Assembly: GCF_032444005.1 (NCBI RefSeq)
Contig: NC_091286.1
Location: forward strand, 130,076,001-130,140,000
Direction of reading: 5' to 3'
Origin: Ranitomeya imitator
Taxonomy: Eukaryota
DNA: 64,000 nucleotides
This document shows positions 23,281 through 36,957 of the stretch, piece after piece. The notes beneath the pieces were generated by a model, which was not told the DNA's origin, made no database searches, and was given only the letters and a program-made list of their open reading frames with translations. Position numbers and translations under genes: made by a program. Each line of letters opens with the position of its first letter. Positions within the stretch are counted from its first letter, which is position 1.

Positions 23281-26200
23281 CTTCCTTAATCCCATATGAC
23301 GTACTATCCCGTCGAGGTGACCTGGGACTTAATTCCCAGTGACGGGATAGTATGTCATATGCGATCGGCCGCGTGTCAGCTGACTATCGCAGCTGACATC
23401 CGGCACTTTGTGCCAGGAGTGGTCACAGACCGCTCCCGACACATTAACCCCCGTCACACTGCGATCAAACATGATCGCAGTGTTCCGGCTGCAAAGGGAA
23501 GCATCGCGCAGGGAGGGGGCTCCCTGCGTGCTTCCCCGAGACCCTCGGAGCAACGCGATGTGATCGCTTTGCTCCGTGGGTCTCCTACCTCCTCCTCCCT
23601 GCAGGCCCTGGATCCAATATGGCCACGGGGCTGCTTCCGGGTCCTGCAGGGAGGTGGCTTGCAGGCGCCTGCTCAGAGCAAGCACTTGCGAGCGTCCCTG
23701 CACTGCCTGTCAGATCACTGATCTGACACAGTGCATTGCAAAGTGTCAGATCAGTGATCTGTCCCTATAACATCATGTTCCCCCCTGGGGCAATGTTATA
23801 AAGTAAAAAAAAAATAATCCTAAATCGCCGCGTCCGTAGCGACCCGACCTATAAAAAACCTGTCCCACTAGTTAACCCCTTCAAAAAACGCTTTATTATC
23901 ATACCGCCGAACAAAAAGTGGAACATGCGATCAAAAATACGGATATAAATAACCATGGTACCACTGAAAACGTTATCTTGTCCTGCAAAAAAATGACTCA
24001 CCATACATCAACGAAAAAATTTAAAAAAATAAAGCGATGCAAAATTTTTTTTCTATAAAATAGTTTTCATCGTATAAAAGCGCCAAAACATAAAAAAAAA
24101 ATATAAATGATTTATCGCTGTAATCGTACTGACCCGAAGAATAAAACCGCTTTATCAATTTTACCAAACTCTGAACAGTATAAAGGCCCCCACTCCTCCC
24201 CCCCCCCCCAAAAAAAAAAAAAGAAAAGCATGAACAGCTGGTTTTTGGTCATTCTGCCTCACATAAATCGGAATAAAAAGCGATCAAAAAATGTCACATG
24301 CCCGAAAATGGTACTAATAAAAACGTCAACTCGTCCCGCAAAAAACAAGACCTCACATGACTCTGGACCAGAATATGGAAAAATTATAGCTCTCAAAGTG
24401 TGGTGATGCAAAAACTAAAGTGTCTTTTAGTGTGTGACAGCTGCCAATCACAAAAATCCACTATAAAGGGCAAATCAAACCCCCCTTCATCACCCCCTTA
24501 GTTAGGGAAAAATAATAAAATTAAAAAAAAAAAAAAAAAAGGTATTTATTTCCATTTCCCATTAGGGTTAGGGTTGGGGCTATGGTTGGGTTAGGGCTAC
24601 AGTTAGCGTTTGGATTACATTTACAGTTGGGATTAGGGGCATGTGGGGTTAGTGGTGTGGTTAGGGTTTTGGGTAGATTTGAGATTAGGGGTGTGTTTGG
24701 ATTAGGGTTTCAGTTAGAATTGGGGGCTTCCACTGTTTAGGCACATCAAGGGCTCTCCCAATGTGACATGGTGTCCGATCTCAATTCCAGCCAATTCTGC
24801 GTTGAAAAAGTAAAACAGTGCTCCTTCCCTTCCGAGCTCTCCCGTGTGCCCTAACAGGGGTTTACCCTAACATATGGTGTATCAGTATACTCAGGACAAA
24901 TTGGACAACAACTTTTGGGGTCCAATTTCTATTGTTACCCTTAGGAAAATAAAAAATCCTTTTTTTCCCTCCACAAAAATGTTTTTTTTTTAGCCCCCCA
25001 AATTTTTTATTTCACAGCTCTGCATTATAAACTGTAGTGAAACACTTGGAAGTTCAAAGTTCTCACAACGCATCTAGATAAGTTCCTTGGGGGGTCTAGT
25101 TTCCAATATGGGGTAACTTGTGGGGGGTTTCTACTGTTTAGGTACATTAGGGGCTCTGCAAATGCAACGTGACGCCTGCAGACCATTCTAAGTCTGCATT
25201 CCAAACGGCGCTCCTTCCCTTCCGAGCTCTGACATGCGCCCAAACGGCTCTGCGTTATAAACTGTAGTGAAACACTTGGGGGGTTCAAAGCTCTCACAAC
25301 ACATCTAGATAAGATCCTTAGGGGGTCTACTTTCCAAAATATCGTCACTTGTGGGGGGTTTCAATGTTTAGGCACATCATGGGGCTTCTCTTACCCTTAG
25401 GAAAATAAAAAAATTGGGGGGTGAAGAGATCATTTTTGTTAAAAAATATGATTTTTTATTTTTACAGCTCTGCATTATAAACTTCTGTGAAGCACTTGGT
25501 GGGTCAAAGTGCTCACCACACATCTAGATAAGTTCCTTAGGAGTAAATGACATTCAATTGTGGAATACCACAAAAGAAAAAAAAAGAAGTGAAGAGAGAG
25601 GAGTAATGTTAAAAGGAAATAGATTTATTGAAAAAAAATTATTTAAAATGAATAATGCAAAAGAATACATTAACATGAGGGGAGGGGAAGAAAGGGGGTT
25701 TATTCACCAGACTATAATAGGGGAAGACGGATCTGCACTATACCATCAGGGTTAATGCTGTAAAGTAAACCCAATTCATATAAGGTGGTGATATGATGGT
25801 AAAAAAAGCGATCATAGGTACACAATACAGGTATGCAAATATACACAGGGGGTGAATCAGTATTCACAGATGCAAAAAAGTATCCCATTCATTGGATTAT
25901 ACTGAAGTAAAGGTGAGTACATGTATATCCAGCAGTACAACAAAAGAGTTGCTAATGGACTGGAGAGTAGACCCTCTATAAATGCCAGAGAAAGGAAGAT
26001 ACCAATTAGAGGGAAATCTCATACAAAGGGTTAATTACCCGTGGTACAAAGTAAATGAGGTGGTGCCTAGCGCTGGTGGTGAGGTGCAGATGCAGTTCCC
26101 CGGCACCCAACAAGCGTTGTGTACCCATGATCGCTTTTTTTACCATCATATCACCACTTATTTCCACCTTATATGAATTGGGTTTACTTTACAGCATTAA

Positions 26201-27346
26201 CCCTGATGGTATAGTGCAGATCCGTCTTCCCCTATTATAGTCTGGTGGTCTAAACCCCCTTTCCTTCCCCTCCCCTCATGTTAATGTATTCTTTGGCATT
26301 ATTCATTTTAAATATTTTTTTTTCAATAAATATATTACCTTTTAACATTACTCCTCTTTCCTTTTTTTCTTTTGTGGTATTTCACAATTGAATATGTAAT
26401 TTATTGGTTTTTTGAAGTGACCGCAGCCTTTTTGATTAAGGACTATGGGAATAAGTTCCTTAGGAGGTCTACTATCCAAAATGGTGTCACTTGTGTGAGG
26501 TTTCAATGTTTAGGTACATTAGGGGCTCTCCAAATGCAATGTGATGCCTGCAGACCATTCCATCTAAGTCTGCAATCCAAACGGCGCTCCTTCCCTTCCA
26601 AGCTCTGCCATGCGCCCAAACAGTGGTTTACCCCCGCATATGGGATATCAGCGTACCTCAGGACAAATTGGACAACAACTTTTGGGGTCTTTTTTCTCTT
26701 GTTACCTTTGGTAAAATAAAAAATTGTAGCTGAAGTAATTCTTTTGTGAAAAAAAGTTACATTTTTTTATTTTTTTTTTTTTAAATATTCCCAAAATTCC
26801 TGTGAAACACCTGAAGGGTTAATAAGCTTGTTGAATGTGGTTTTGAGCACCTTGAGGGGTGCAGTTTTTAGAATGGTGTGACATTTGGGTATTTTCTAAT
26901 CATATAGACCCCTCAAAGTGACTTCAAATGTGATGTGGTCCGAGGTGTTGCAAAAATGAGAAATTGCTGGTCAACTTTAAACCCTTATAACTCCCTAACA
27001 AAAAAAATTTTGGTTCTGAAATTGTCCTGATGTAAAGTAGACATGTGGGAAATGTTACCTATTAAGTATTTTGTGTGACATATCTCTGAGTTAAGGGCAT
27101 AAAAATTCAAAGTTGGAAAATCACAAAATTTTCGCCAAATTTCCGGTTTTTTTTTTTTCCAGAAACACCAGTAATATCAAAGAAATTTTACCACTATCAT
27201 GAAGTACAATATGTCACGAGAAAGCAATGTCAGAATCAGGATCCGTTGAAGCGTTCCAGAGTTATAACCTCATAAAAGGGACAGTGGTCAGAATTGTAAA
27301 AATTGGCCCGGTCATTAACGTGCAAACCACCCTTGGCGGTTAAGGG
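23281..27346. mobile_element. Large non-autonomous piggyBac-like element with internal subrepeats and a TTAGGG-like tract
   Basis: Starts after TTAA (23277-23280). 24200-27346 is the reverse complement of 38584-40350. Recurring units such as gcgctccttcccttccgagctct and ctagataagttccttagg. Confidence 0.75.
25544..26450. mobile_element. Inverted-arm retro-insertion, probable Penelope-like remnant
   Basis: 16-bp TSD ATAAGTTCCTTAGGAG (25528-25543, 26451-26466); inverted arms 25552-25825 and 26117-26393. Confidence 0.6.
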
Positions 27347-28019
27347 ACTGCATCAAATTGAGAAGATGGAGAGTTGTAACAATAAACTTTCCATTCTTCA
27401 AAAGCAACCTCTTTTAGAGAATGGATGCTGGATGGAGAGTGATGCTCAATTTGTTTCTTCAGAATTCCCCTTAGGGCTACTTCATAAGTCAGTGTTTGCG
27501 TTACGTGTGGCGAGTTTTCACACACACACGTAGACCCATTCAAATGAATGGGTCTGCGCACATGTCAGTGCGTTTTCACAAACAGTTTTCCGTGGGCAAG
27601 ACATACTGACGTTTGTTTTTGTTTTTTTTAATTAATTTTTTTTTAAATCAGCAGCACAGGCCTCAAAAGCTCTCGCACACGGACTATCAGTGTGACACTT
27701 ATCAGGGCCTGTGAAAAAAAAGGTGGTACAGTTCGCACTATTCCCAGGGGCTGAAGACAGCTTGGATCATTGTCACCTGGTCTACCCGAGATTAGCATGA
27801 CCCTGCGACAATGATGAGAGTTAATCAGAATCTGCCGATTAGATCATGTGTAAAAAATTAAAAAGACAAAAATTACGGTATATATATATTTGCGTGGGCT
27901 CCTGCGTAATTTTCATAACCAGCAGAGGGAAAGCCCACAGAAGGGGTAAGGCTCACAGCTGTTTGCTTTCCCCTTACTGGTTAGTTTATGTAGGAACACG
28001 GGGGTGGGGGGAGACGTAG

Positions 28020-28546
28020 GGTCCCCCCCTCCATTGATTTTAACCAGCATAGGCTAAACAAACAGATCTGAATCTGAGCATGCGCCGCCCCCAGCGGCCA
28101 TTTTCCCGGAGGCCACCGCATCGCAGCAATGGAGCTGCCGGCGCCTCCGGGCTTTCAGGAGATGCCGGAGGAGCCCCGACTGACTCTGCGTGAAGATACG
28201 CCGCCGCTGCCGCCCCACAGCACAGAGCCCCGACGCTGCACGAAGAGGAGCCGCCGCCCCACAGCACCCACGCGGCACAAAGAGGAGCAGCCGCTGCCGC
28301 TCCCCAGCACCCCACGCTGACGCTGGCTGCAGCTACAATGTGAGGTAATGGAGTATACTCCACTCACACTTTCCTGTGAGACGCCCCCTCCATCATCGGG
28401 ACCACTCCCCCCCCCAAAAAAAAGGCACATTAGTCACCGGCCCTATAAGACGACATACAGCGTATAAGACCACACCCGACTTTTAAGAAGATTTTATATT
28501 TTAACTGGAAAAGTTGGGGGGTCGTCTTATACGCCGGAAAATATGG
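28020..28546. mobile_element. Tc1/mariner-superfamily MITE, right part
   Basis: Ends gtcgtcttatacgccggaaaatatgg|TA with internal tataagac repeats; left end not found. Confidence 0.55.
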
Positions 28547-28549
28547 TAT

Positions 28550-29780
28550 TTTTACGTCGCGCCTCGTGCAGTATAAGCAATTAGATGACTTTATTCTTTG
28601 GGTTGGTGCGATTACAGATTTATATTGGGGTTTTTAGGTTTGGCTGCTGTCACACAAAAAAAGGCTTATTATTGAAAAGTTAGTTTTTGCATCACCATAT
28701 TTTGAGAGCTATAATTTTTCCATATTTCAGTTCACAGTGTAATGTGAGGGTTTTTTGAACGACAAGTTGACGTATTTATTGGTACCACTTTGGGACACAT
28801 TGATCGCTTTATATTCAAATTTTTGGGAGGCAGAATGAACAAAAACAAGCAATTCAGTAATTGAGGCTTTTTTTCTTTTCAATGTCGTTCCGCGGGTGGT
28901 AAAATTGGATAAGGCAGCTTCATTTTTTGGGTCAGTATGTTTACAGAGATACCGAATTTTACATTTTTTTTTAGTGTTTTGGTGCTTTTACACAAAGTAT
29001 TTTATAGAAAAAATATTTTTGCATCGCTTTATTCTGACAACTGATTTTTTTCCACTGATGGAGCTGTAGGATTGCTGTTTTTTTGCGGGACAAGACTGTC
29101 TTCAGCAGTACCATGTTTATTTAGGTTTGTCTTTTTGTTCAGCGGTATGATAAAGCATTTTTTTATTTATATATGTATGGTGTTCACTAAAGGGGTTGAA
29201 TAGTGAGACAATTTTATAGGTCGGGTCGTTCGACGCCGCTATACCAAGTTTGTGTACTTTTGCTTTTTTCCCCATAAAAACTTATTTATGGGTACAAAAT
29301 ATTTAGATTTTTGTGTATATATACATATACACACACACATTTTTTTCTTTCTACTTTGTCCCACTATGGGATCATCATTTTTTTTTCAGGCTGATTGCTT
29401 GTATAGCATGGGGATTGCAGCAGCATCCCTATGCTATGCAAACTGTCAGCGCTGCACAAAGTTGCTGATCATGATCACAAAACTTTGCTAGCTCTGGACA
29501 ACCAGAAGTCATGGCGACTTCGGGTCACCATGGCAATGTTGCAGTGTCTCCGATCCAAGGGCAGAGGGGATGTCTTCCCTCTGTCAGCTCCCGAAATGCT
29601 GCGATCGAGTTTGACTGCAGCATTTAGGTGGTTAAAGTGAGGTGAGCAGTGCAGGACCACTCCTGGAACTGAGTGCCGGGTGTCAGCTAACACAAGGCAG
29701 CGGTCGGGCAAAGTCGCTGGGACGTATCCACAAGGCACAGGTCACAGGGACGTATGGATCCGTCTCGGGTGGGAAAGGGG
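28550..29780 (-). mobile_element. Truncated non-autonomous piggyBac element
   Basis: Ends gggaaagggg|TTAA (29781-29784); body is the reverse complement of piggyBac subterminal sequences elsewhere in the window. Confidence 0.7.
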
Positions 29781-30190
29781 TTAAAAAAAAAAAAATGGCT
29801 TAAGGCTACATTCCCTTGATCAGTATCCAATGAGATTATGACGCTGCAGGGGACGCAAACACTTGCGCTACTTAATGTATACCTGAGCACCCTAGAAAAA
29901 AGTAGAGTAACAAACAATGCGCTCATGCATATTGCATGCATTTTTTGGTGGTTTTCCACCACATAAAACACTAAAAAAAACTGCATATGTTTCAGAGAAG
30001 ACTCAGCATACCAAATCTATGGGGAAAATCCGCAAAGAAGATTCCACGTATCAGCAAGAAAAATTAACATGCTGCGACTTGGAAAAATGCATCACAGGCA
30101 AATTTATGATGTGTAAAAAAGAAGCACAGCAGACATGAGATTTCTAGAAATCTCATCCACTTTGCTTGTAATACGAAACGTTACGTTTTA

Positions 30191-30536
30191 GGGTATGTGC
30201 ACACGTTGCGGTTTTTGCTGCGGCTCCGCAGCGGTTTTGACGCTGCGGATCTGCAGCAGTTTTCCATGCGGTTTACAGTACAGTGTTAACCTATGGAAAA
30301 CAAAAACCGCTGTGCACATGCTGCGGAAAAAACAGCGCGGAAACGCTGCGGTTTATTTTCCGCTGCATGTCAATTCTTTGCCACCTGCTCCATGTTAAAA
30401 ATCCGCAGGTGTCTAAAACCGCAGTGGAAACCGCACAAAAAAACGCGATAAATCCGCAGTACTTTTAGCACTGCGGATTTAATCAAATCCGCTGCGGAAA
30501 ATTCCGCAACGGAATCCGCAGCGTGTGCACATGGCC
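30191..30536. mobile_element. PIF/Harbinger-type MITE (gggtatgtgcacacg family)
   Basis: TIRs with TTA TSD; preceded by a degenerate MITE of another family at about 29803-30180. Confidence 0.85.
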
Positions 30537-31244
30537 TTAAAGAAGTAAATACGCCATGTCAAAAACTTGAGTAAGACTCATGGTGGGCACATACCCGAGG
30601 AAGTCTTAATCATTTGGAAGGATATCCCTATTAATATGGATTATAAGATATCCATGTAGACTGACATAAGGTATTATGAATGCCTGTTCTAGATTTTTCT
30701 CCTTTCATTCGATATTGCTTTTAAAGTAATAGCTCCTGTTATTTTTGTCAAGTCCTTACCACATTATAATATATGTACATCACAATGGGACTTTGCCTGT
30801 ATAATTAGATCACGTATTATACATCTCCCTCGTAAACACTGGATTAAATAAAAATCATGAAAATGAGAAGAGCTCATACCACCATGATACATTTGTGTTT
30901 ATGTGCACTGTATTACAGATCCATACGACTGCTACTGGGTCATAAGGCACTATGACCCTGCTGCAAGAAAAACTATAGAAATGCTGACCTGTCAGAATAG
31001 CCTTCATCACAGGAACCCTGGGGACGGATGATCTCTGATCAGGGATTCCCCAGAGCACAAGACTTGTCACTTTACTATAGGGAAGGCAAACAGATTTCAG
31101 CCTGCTGAAAGATTAAATGCTAAGCAATAAAACATCTGAGGCATATCAGCCCAGCAGAAGAAGTAGACAATGATTTATCCATCCCTGCCCCAAGCTCTGA
31201 AGTAGGAAATAGCATTAAAGCAGTGAGACTGACTGTTAGGAAGG

Positions 31245-31246
<2 letters not shown>

Positions 31247-31275
<29 letters not shown>
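31247..31275. repeat. (GATA)n microsatellite
   Basis: About 7 units. Confidence 0.9.
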
Positions 31276-31276
<1 letters not shown>

Positions 31277-31688
31277 CTATATAATAGTCTAAGGGTAACC
31301 TCCGTCTCTGTCTGTCCTTCTGTCTATAACGGAGATCCCAAGTCGCTGATTGGTCGCGGCAAAAAGGCCACGACCAGTGACTGGCACAGTCCGGAGGCAA
31401 AATGGCCACTCCTTACTACGCAGTCAGTGCCCGCAGTCCATACTCCACCCCCCCCCCCAGTCAGCGCTCACACAGGGTTAATGGCAGCGTTAACGGACCG
31501 CGTTATGCCGCGGTGTAACGCAGTCCGTTAAAGCTGCTATTAACCCTGTGTGACCAACTTTTTACTATTGAAGCTGCCTATGCGGCATCAATAGTAAAAA
31601 GATATAAGGTTTCTTGAAAAAGGTTTCTGTTGGGACCGAAACGTCGCTCTCTGGGCTGATTAAATAAGCTCTTTTTTCACTACAAACG

Positions 31689-31768
<80 letters not shown>

Positions 31769-32515
31769 TTTTTTTCTGTCTAAGGGGTAATTCTGTCTGT
31801 CTCATGGAAATCCCGCTTCGCTGATTGGTGGCAGGCCGCGTCCAATCAGCGACGGGCACAGCCCGGCCGAGAACTAGTCCCTCCCTACTTCTGTCCAGTC
31901 AGTCCCCGGCGCCCACTCCATACTCCCCTCCAGTCAGCGCTGACACGGGGTTAATGGCAGCGTTAACGGACCGCGTTATGCCGCAGTACACAATCCGTTA
32001 ACGCTGCTATTTACCCTCTGTGACCAACTTTACTATTGATGCTACCTATGCAGCATCAATAGTAAAAAGATCTAATGCTAAAAATAATTAAAAAAAACAA
32101 AAACCTGCTATTCTCACCTTCCGTTGTCCGCCGATGCACGCGCGGCTGCCGCCAGCTTCCGTTCCCAGAGATGCATTGCGAAATTACCCAGAAGACTTAG
32201 CGGTCTCGCGAGACCGCTAAGTCATCTGGATAATTTCGTAATGCATCGCTGGGAACGGAAGCTAGCAGCAGCATCGAGCGCATCGGGACAGCTTCGCTGG
32301 ATGCTGGCGGGTGAGTATAACACTATTTTTTATTTTAATTATTTATTTTTTACAGGGATATAGTGCCCACACTGCTATATACTGCGTGGCCTGTGTTATA
32401 GACTGCGTGGCTGCTATATACTACATGGCTCCGATATACACTACATGGCCTGTGCTATATACTGTGAGGCTGCTATATACATACAAACATATGCTAGATT
32501 CGGGCCACCATCTAG
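31276..32515 (+). mobile_element. Helitron-like non-autonomous element (two partial units) with a central palindrome
   Basis: 3' end ...ttcgggccaccatCTAG|T; two starts (tctaaggg...gtctgtc) at about 31285 and 31775; roughly 110-bp hairpin centred on gcggtctcgcgagaccgc; no TSD; related copy at 61680-62330. Confidence 0.55.
31692..31764. repeat. (AT)n microsatellite
   Basis: About 36 units. Confidence 0.95.
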
Positions 32516-33534
32516 TGTTTAATGACCCATTTGTGTCTTGAAATCAGTAATTTTTAAGCAACATTGTTTGTTGAGAAGCTGATCAAATAGCGTCACAGCC
32601 TTTAGATCACAAGCCTGTACATCTGTTGGAATTTTTATAAAAAATGATGGCTGCAGACTCTAGCATGACAAATGAGTATTTATTTATTTTTTTTTTTTTT
32701 TTTTTTTTTTAAACAGCACTGCCATCCATTACTCGGTCAGGACCAGCACACAGTAACCAAAAGATTTGCACTAGGCCAAACAATGCTCAATACAGAGGCC
32801 CCTCGAGAATGAATAAAATGTATAATTTTACACACAAAAATAAATAAATAAATCAACCCCCTACCCTTTACAAGGCTTGTTACAACTTCAGAAGTTCACC
32901 ACTATCTGTTGCTGGAGTCTGGCCATTGGGACTACAACAGATTTAGAGAATAAGTCTTTGCAGAGCCTGAAACAGATGTTGCACATGAACAACTCTGCTC
33001 CATTCATTCTCTATGGGACGGGCAGATATCCAGCCACCATTTCTAGATATCCCATAGAGGAGGAATGTACTGTGTTTATTGTACAGGGCTAAAGTTAGGA
33101 ATGGCAATTAAAAGCTTTATGTATTGTGAATAGAAGTTTAAAGGAAATCGGTCTGCGCCCCCAAGATGAGCGTGACAGCATGTGTTTCTATGCAGCCATC
33201 ACTCAGGTCAGAAGAGCAGACGGCCAGACCGAGAACTGTAATGTAATCCTCCGGCATACAGCAGCATTGGGCTTCATGAAAATGACCTCAGTGCATGCAA
33301 GAGTCCCAGATCTACACATTGCGAGCAAGAAAAAGGCCACCGGAGGAGTTACATGTGCAGATTGCGATCTCTGTTAGTCATTGACCAGAGATCTAAACCT
33401 GCACATGCGATGCTGCCAGTGGCCATTTTCCTGAAGACCACCAGTAAGATCAGTGTACAGAGTGAGGACTCCGCTCCAGCCTCGCTGCCGACATTTCTTG
33501 AAGCCCAAGGCCCACAGCCTCGCACTGCTATATA

Positions 33535-35835
33535 TAAATTATATTAATTCCATGGTGCTGTACATGTGAAAAGGGGTTACATACAGGGTTATAGATATCG
33601 TTAATAGTTAACAAGTTTACAGTGAGACTGGTACAGAGGGGAGAGGACCCTTTCCTTGCGGACATACATTCTTCAGGATAATGGGGAAGAGACAAGAGGT
33701 CGGTGTGCTGCAGCACTGGTGGTGGCGACGCGGAAGCTCAGGTGGTTGGTGGCGTGGCGGCAGCTAGGGTGGTTGGTGGCGTGGCGGCAGAATGGTTATT
33801 GCAGGCTGTAGGCTTTCCTGAAGAGATGGGTTTTCAGATTCCGTCTGAAAGATCCGAGGATGGTGGATAATCGGATGTGTTGAGGCGTGGAATTCCAGAG
33901 GATGGGGGATTTTCGGGAGAAGTCTTGGAGGCGGTTGTGTGAGGAACGAATAAGTGTGGAGGAGAGTAGGAGGTCTTGGGAGGATCGAAGCTTACATGAG
34001 GGAAGATAGTGGGAGATTAGTTCAGAGATACAGGGAGGGGACAGGTTGTGAATGGCTTTGTAGATCAGTGTTAGTAGTTTGAACTGGATTTGTTGGGGAA
34101 TTGGGAGCCAGTGGAGGGGTTTGCAGATGGGAGAAGCAGGGGAGTAGCGAGGAGAGAGGTGGATTAGCCAGGCAGCATAGTTGAGGACAGACTGGAGTGG
34201 TGCAAGGGAGTTAGAGGGGAGGCCACAGAGGAGGGTGTTGCAGTAATCGAGGCGGGAGATGATGAGGGCATGCACAAGAGTTTTAGTAGATTGTGGGCTA
34301 AGAAAGGGACGGATTCTGGCAATATTTCTGAGTTGGAGGCGACAGGAGGTGGCAAGAGTTTGGACGTGTGGCTTGAAGGACAGGGCAGAATCGAGTTACC
34401 CCGAGGCAGCAGATTTCAGGTGCGGGAGAGAGCGTGATGCCGTTCACCATAATAGGTAGATCAGGTGGGGGGGGGGGGGTTATACGCGAGATGGGGGAAA
34501 GAGGAGTTCAGTTTTGTCTACATTGAGTTTTAGGAAGCAAGAGTTGAAGGAGGATATGTCTTACAGGCACTCTGGGATTCTGGACACAAGAGAGGCGACA
34601 TCTGAGCCAGAGAGGTAGATCTGAGTGTCGTCCGCATATAGGTGGTGCTAGAAGCAATGGGACTTTGAGTTGTCCTAGGCCAAGGGTATAGATGGAAAAA
34701 AGTAAAGGCCCTAGGACAGAGCCTTGAGGGACTCCAACAGAGAGGGGCGGGGTGAGGAGATAGTGTGGGAGTGGGAAATGCTAAATGTGCGGTCGGAAAG
34801 GTATGAGGCAATCCAGGACAGGGCAAGGCCTTTGATATCAAGGGAAGAAAGAATCTGTAGCAGTAGGCAGTGGTCGACTGTGTCGAAAGCAGAGGACTGG
34901 TCGAGAAGGAGGATGGAGAACCGTCTGTTAGCTTTGGCTGTGAGTAAGTCATTAGTAATTTTGGTCAGAGCTGTTTCGGTGGAGTGGTGGGGGGCTGAAG
35001 CCAGATTGGAGGTTGTCAAGGAGAGAGTTAGATGAGAGGTGGTAGGAAAGTTGACCATGGTCATGCTGCTCAAGGAGTTTAGAAGCAAACGGGAGCAGTG
35101 ATATGGGGCAATAAGCTGGGCATAGCAGTTGGGTCAAGGTTAGTTTTTGTGAGGATGGGTGTGATGGTGGCATGTTTGAAGGCAGAGTGGAAAGTACCAG
35201 AAGATAGCGATAGGTTGAAGAAATGGGTTAGGGCTGGAATGAGCATGTTAGTGAGGTTGGGGAGCAGGTGGGAAGGGATGGGGTCAAGTGCACAGGTGGT
35301 GAGGTGTGATTTGGAAAGGAGGAGAGTAAGTTCTCCTTCAGTGATGTTGGAGAGGTTAGTTCTTGGGGGAAGGGAAGAGGTCTGGTATATGGAGTGGTTG
35401 GGGTAGTGGAACAGTAAAGGTTTGCCTTGTTTGGTCGATCTTGTTTTTGAAGTAGGTGGTAAAGTCCTCAGAAGAGATGAGGGGAGTTGGAGGTGGCAGT
35501 GGGGGGGCAGAGCAGAGAAATGTGCTGAACAGTTGTTTTGAGTTGTAGGATAGTGAGGATACAAGGTTAGTGAAATAGGTCTGTTTAGCAGAAGTGAGGG
35601 CTAGTTTGAAGGCAAGTGTAGCTTGTTTGAAAGTTAAGTTGTCTGGCAGGCGTGTTTTTTTTCCAACGCCGCTCCACGACCCTGGATGTTTGTCGGAGTT
35701 TTTTGGTGAGGTTGTTATGCCAGGGTTGCCTATTGATTTGTCGCACTTTGCCATGCATGAGAGGGGCGACTGAGTTTATGGCTGATGTGAGGGTGGAGTT
35801 ATAGAAAGCGGTGGCGCTATCCATGTAGTGGAGTG
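33535..35835 (-). mobile_element. 5'-truncated L2 LINE (about 2.3 kb), RT pseudogene
   Basis: Fragments HLTTCALDPIP, HHSTETALTK, LLDQSSAFDTVDH, ISRLDYCNTLL, LHWLPI...FKLLTL, FRRNLKTHLF; intact 3' end. Confidence 0.92.
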
Positions 35836-36671
35836 TAGATCATATTATACAGATATATATATATTTAGTGTCACTTAATATTGAACAGAATCAAGTATGC
35901 CAAAATCCACCCCATATAATATATAAGCACATACACTATATACCGCAAGAGCCCCACATAGCCTCCTATGTACATAGAGACATCCCGCGCACACGGAGAA
36001 GGAAGCACACACACGTTAGTTTTCCTGGCGCTCTGCTCCTGTCTCCTCTGCAATGACTCCTCCAATTTATTCATTGCCGTCTGCATCCACATACGGTGAC
36101 AGATGGACAGCAGGCGGGGGAGGACACTCTGCGGCCCGCGATCCTCTGTTTCAGCCCTACCCAGTTCTGCATTAGGTGATCCCCAAGGATAGAAACTTTC
36201 TTTCAGGGCTTTACCTGTGGTAAAGCTGTTGGGCATCACTCCATATCTAAATGTTACTTTGCAGGGCACCAATATTTTACAATACCGTATTTAGATTGTT
36301 GCCTTAAATGTATTTTTTAAATTATTAACTACGCACCACTTAGGCCTTAGTGTATTTACATGTCACGTATACACAGACTAAGGTTGGTCACCATTACAGG
36401 CTAGGGGAGTCTGAAAGACGTTTGCTATGTAATCTGAGAGCACCATATTGTAGGACAAAAGGCCTGATTCCAACAATATGTCACTTACTGGGCTGTTTTG
36501 CAGCTTTAATTCAGTGTCTTATAAACAGGATATCACAACAGGACAACTGGCCTGGTGCAGCCTAGTCCAACCACCGATTAGAAGTTCTGTCACTATACAA
36601 TGTACACAGACAACTGTAGGGTGGGCACAACACAGCACAACATCTGCTAGAATTGCAACAGAGAACACTTA

Positions 36672-36954
36672 AGATAGGGTTACATTGCGTTATGTGACCG
36701 CGTTTAACGGACTAAGTTACACCGCAGCATAATGCGGTGTAACGTAGTCCGTTAACGCCGCCATAGCCTGTAATGGCGAACGCATCGCTAGCGCACGCCC
36801 ACATTGGGCGTGTGCTGGCGATGTGCAGTCATTTGAGGCATGGGGATCTGCGCTAGCGGGATCGGCTAACGCGATCCCTTTTGGGACATTGCGTTAGGGC
36901 AGTCCGTTTAGCGCATAGCGCTACGGACTGCGCTAACGCAATGTGACCCTAGCC
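36672..36954. mobile_element. Harbinger-type MITE 1 of a three-element train
   Basis: agatagggttacattgcg...cgcaatgtgaccctagcc, TTA on both sides. Confidence 0.8.
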
Positions 36955-36957
36955 TTA

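Noticed and set aside
28040-28430. Cluster of GC-rich overlapping ORFs that could be a CpG island or host exon 1
   Set aside because: No PPP1R14 exon-1 peptide in any frame; made of gccgcc/cagcac repeats inside a MITE ending in a Tc1/mariner-type TIR.
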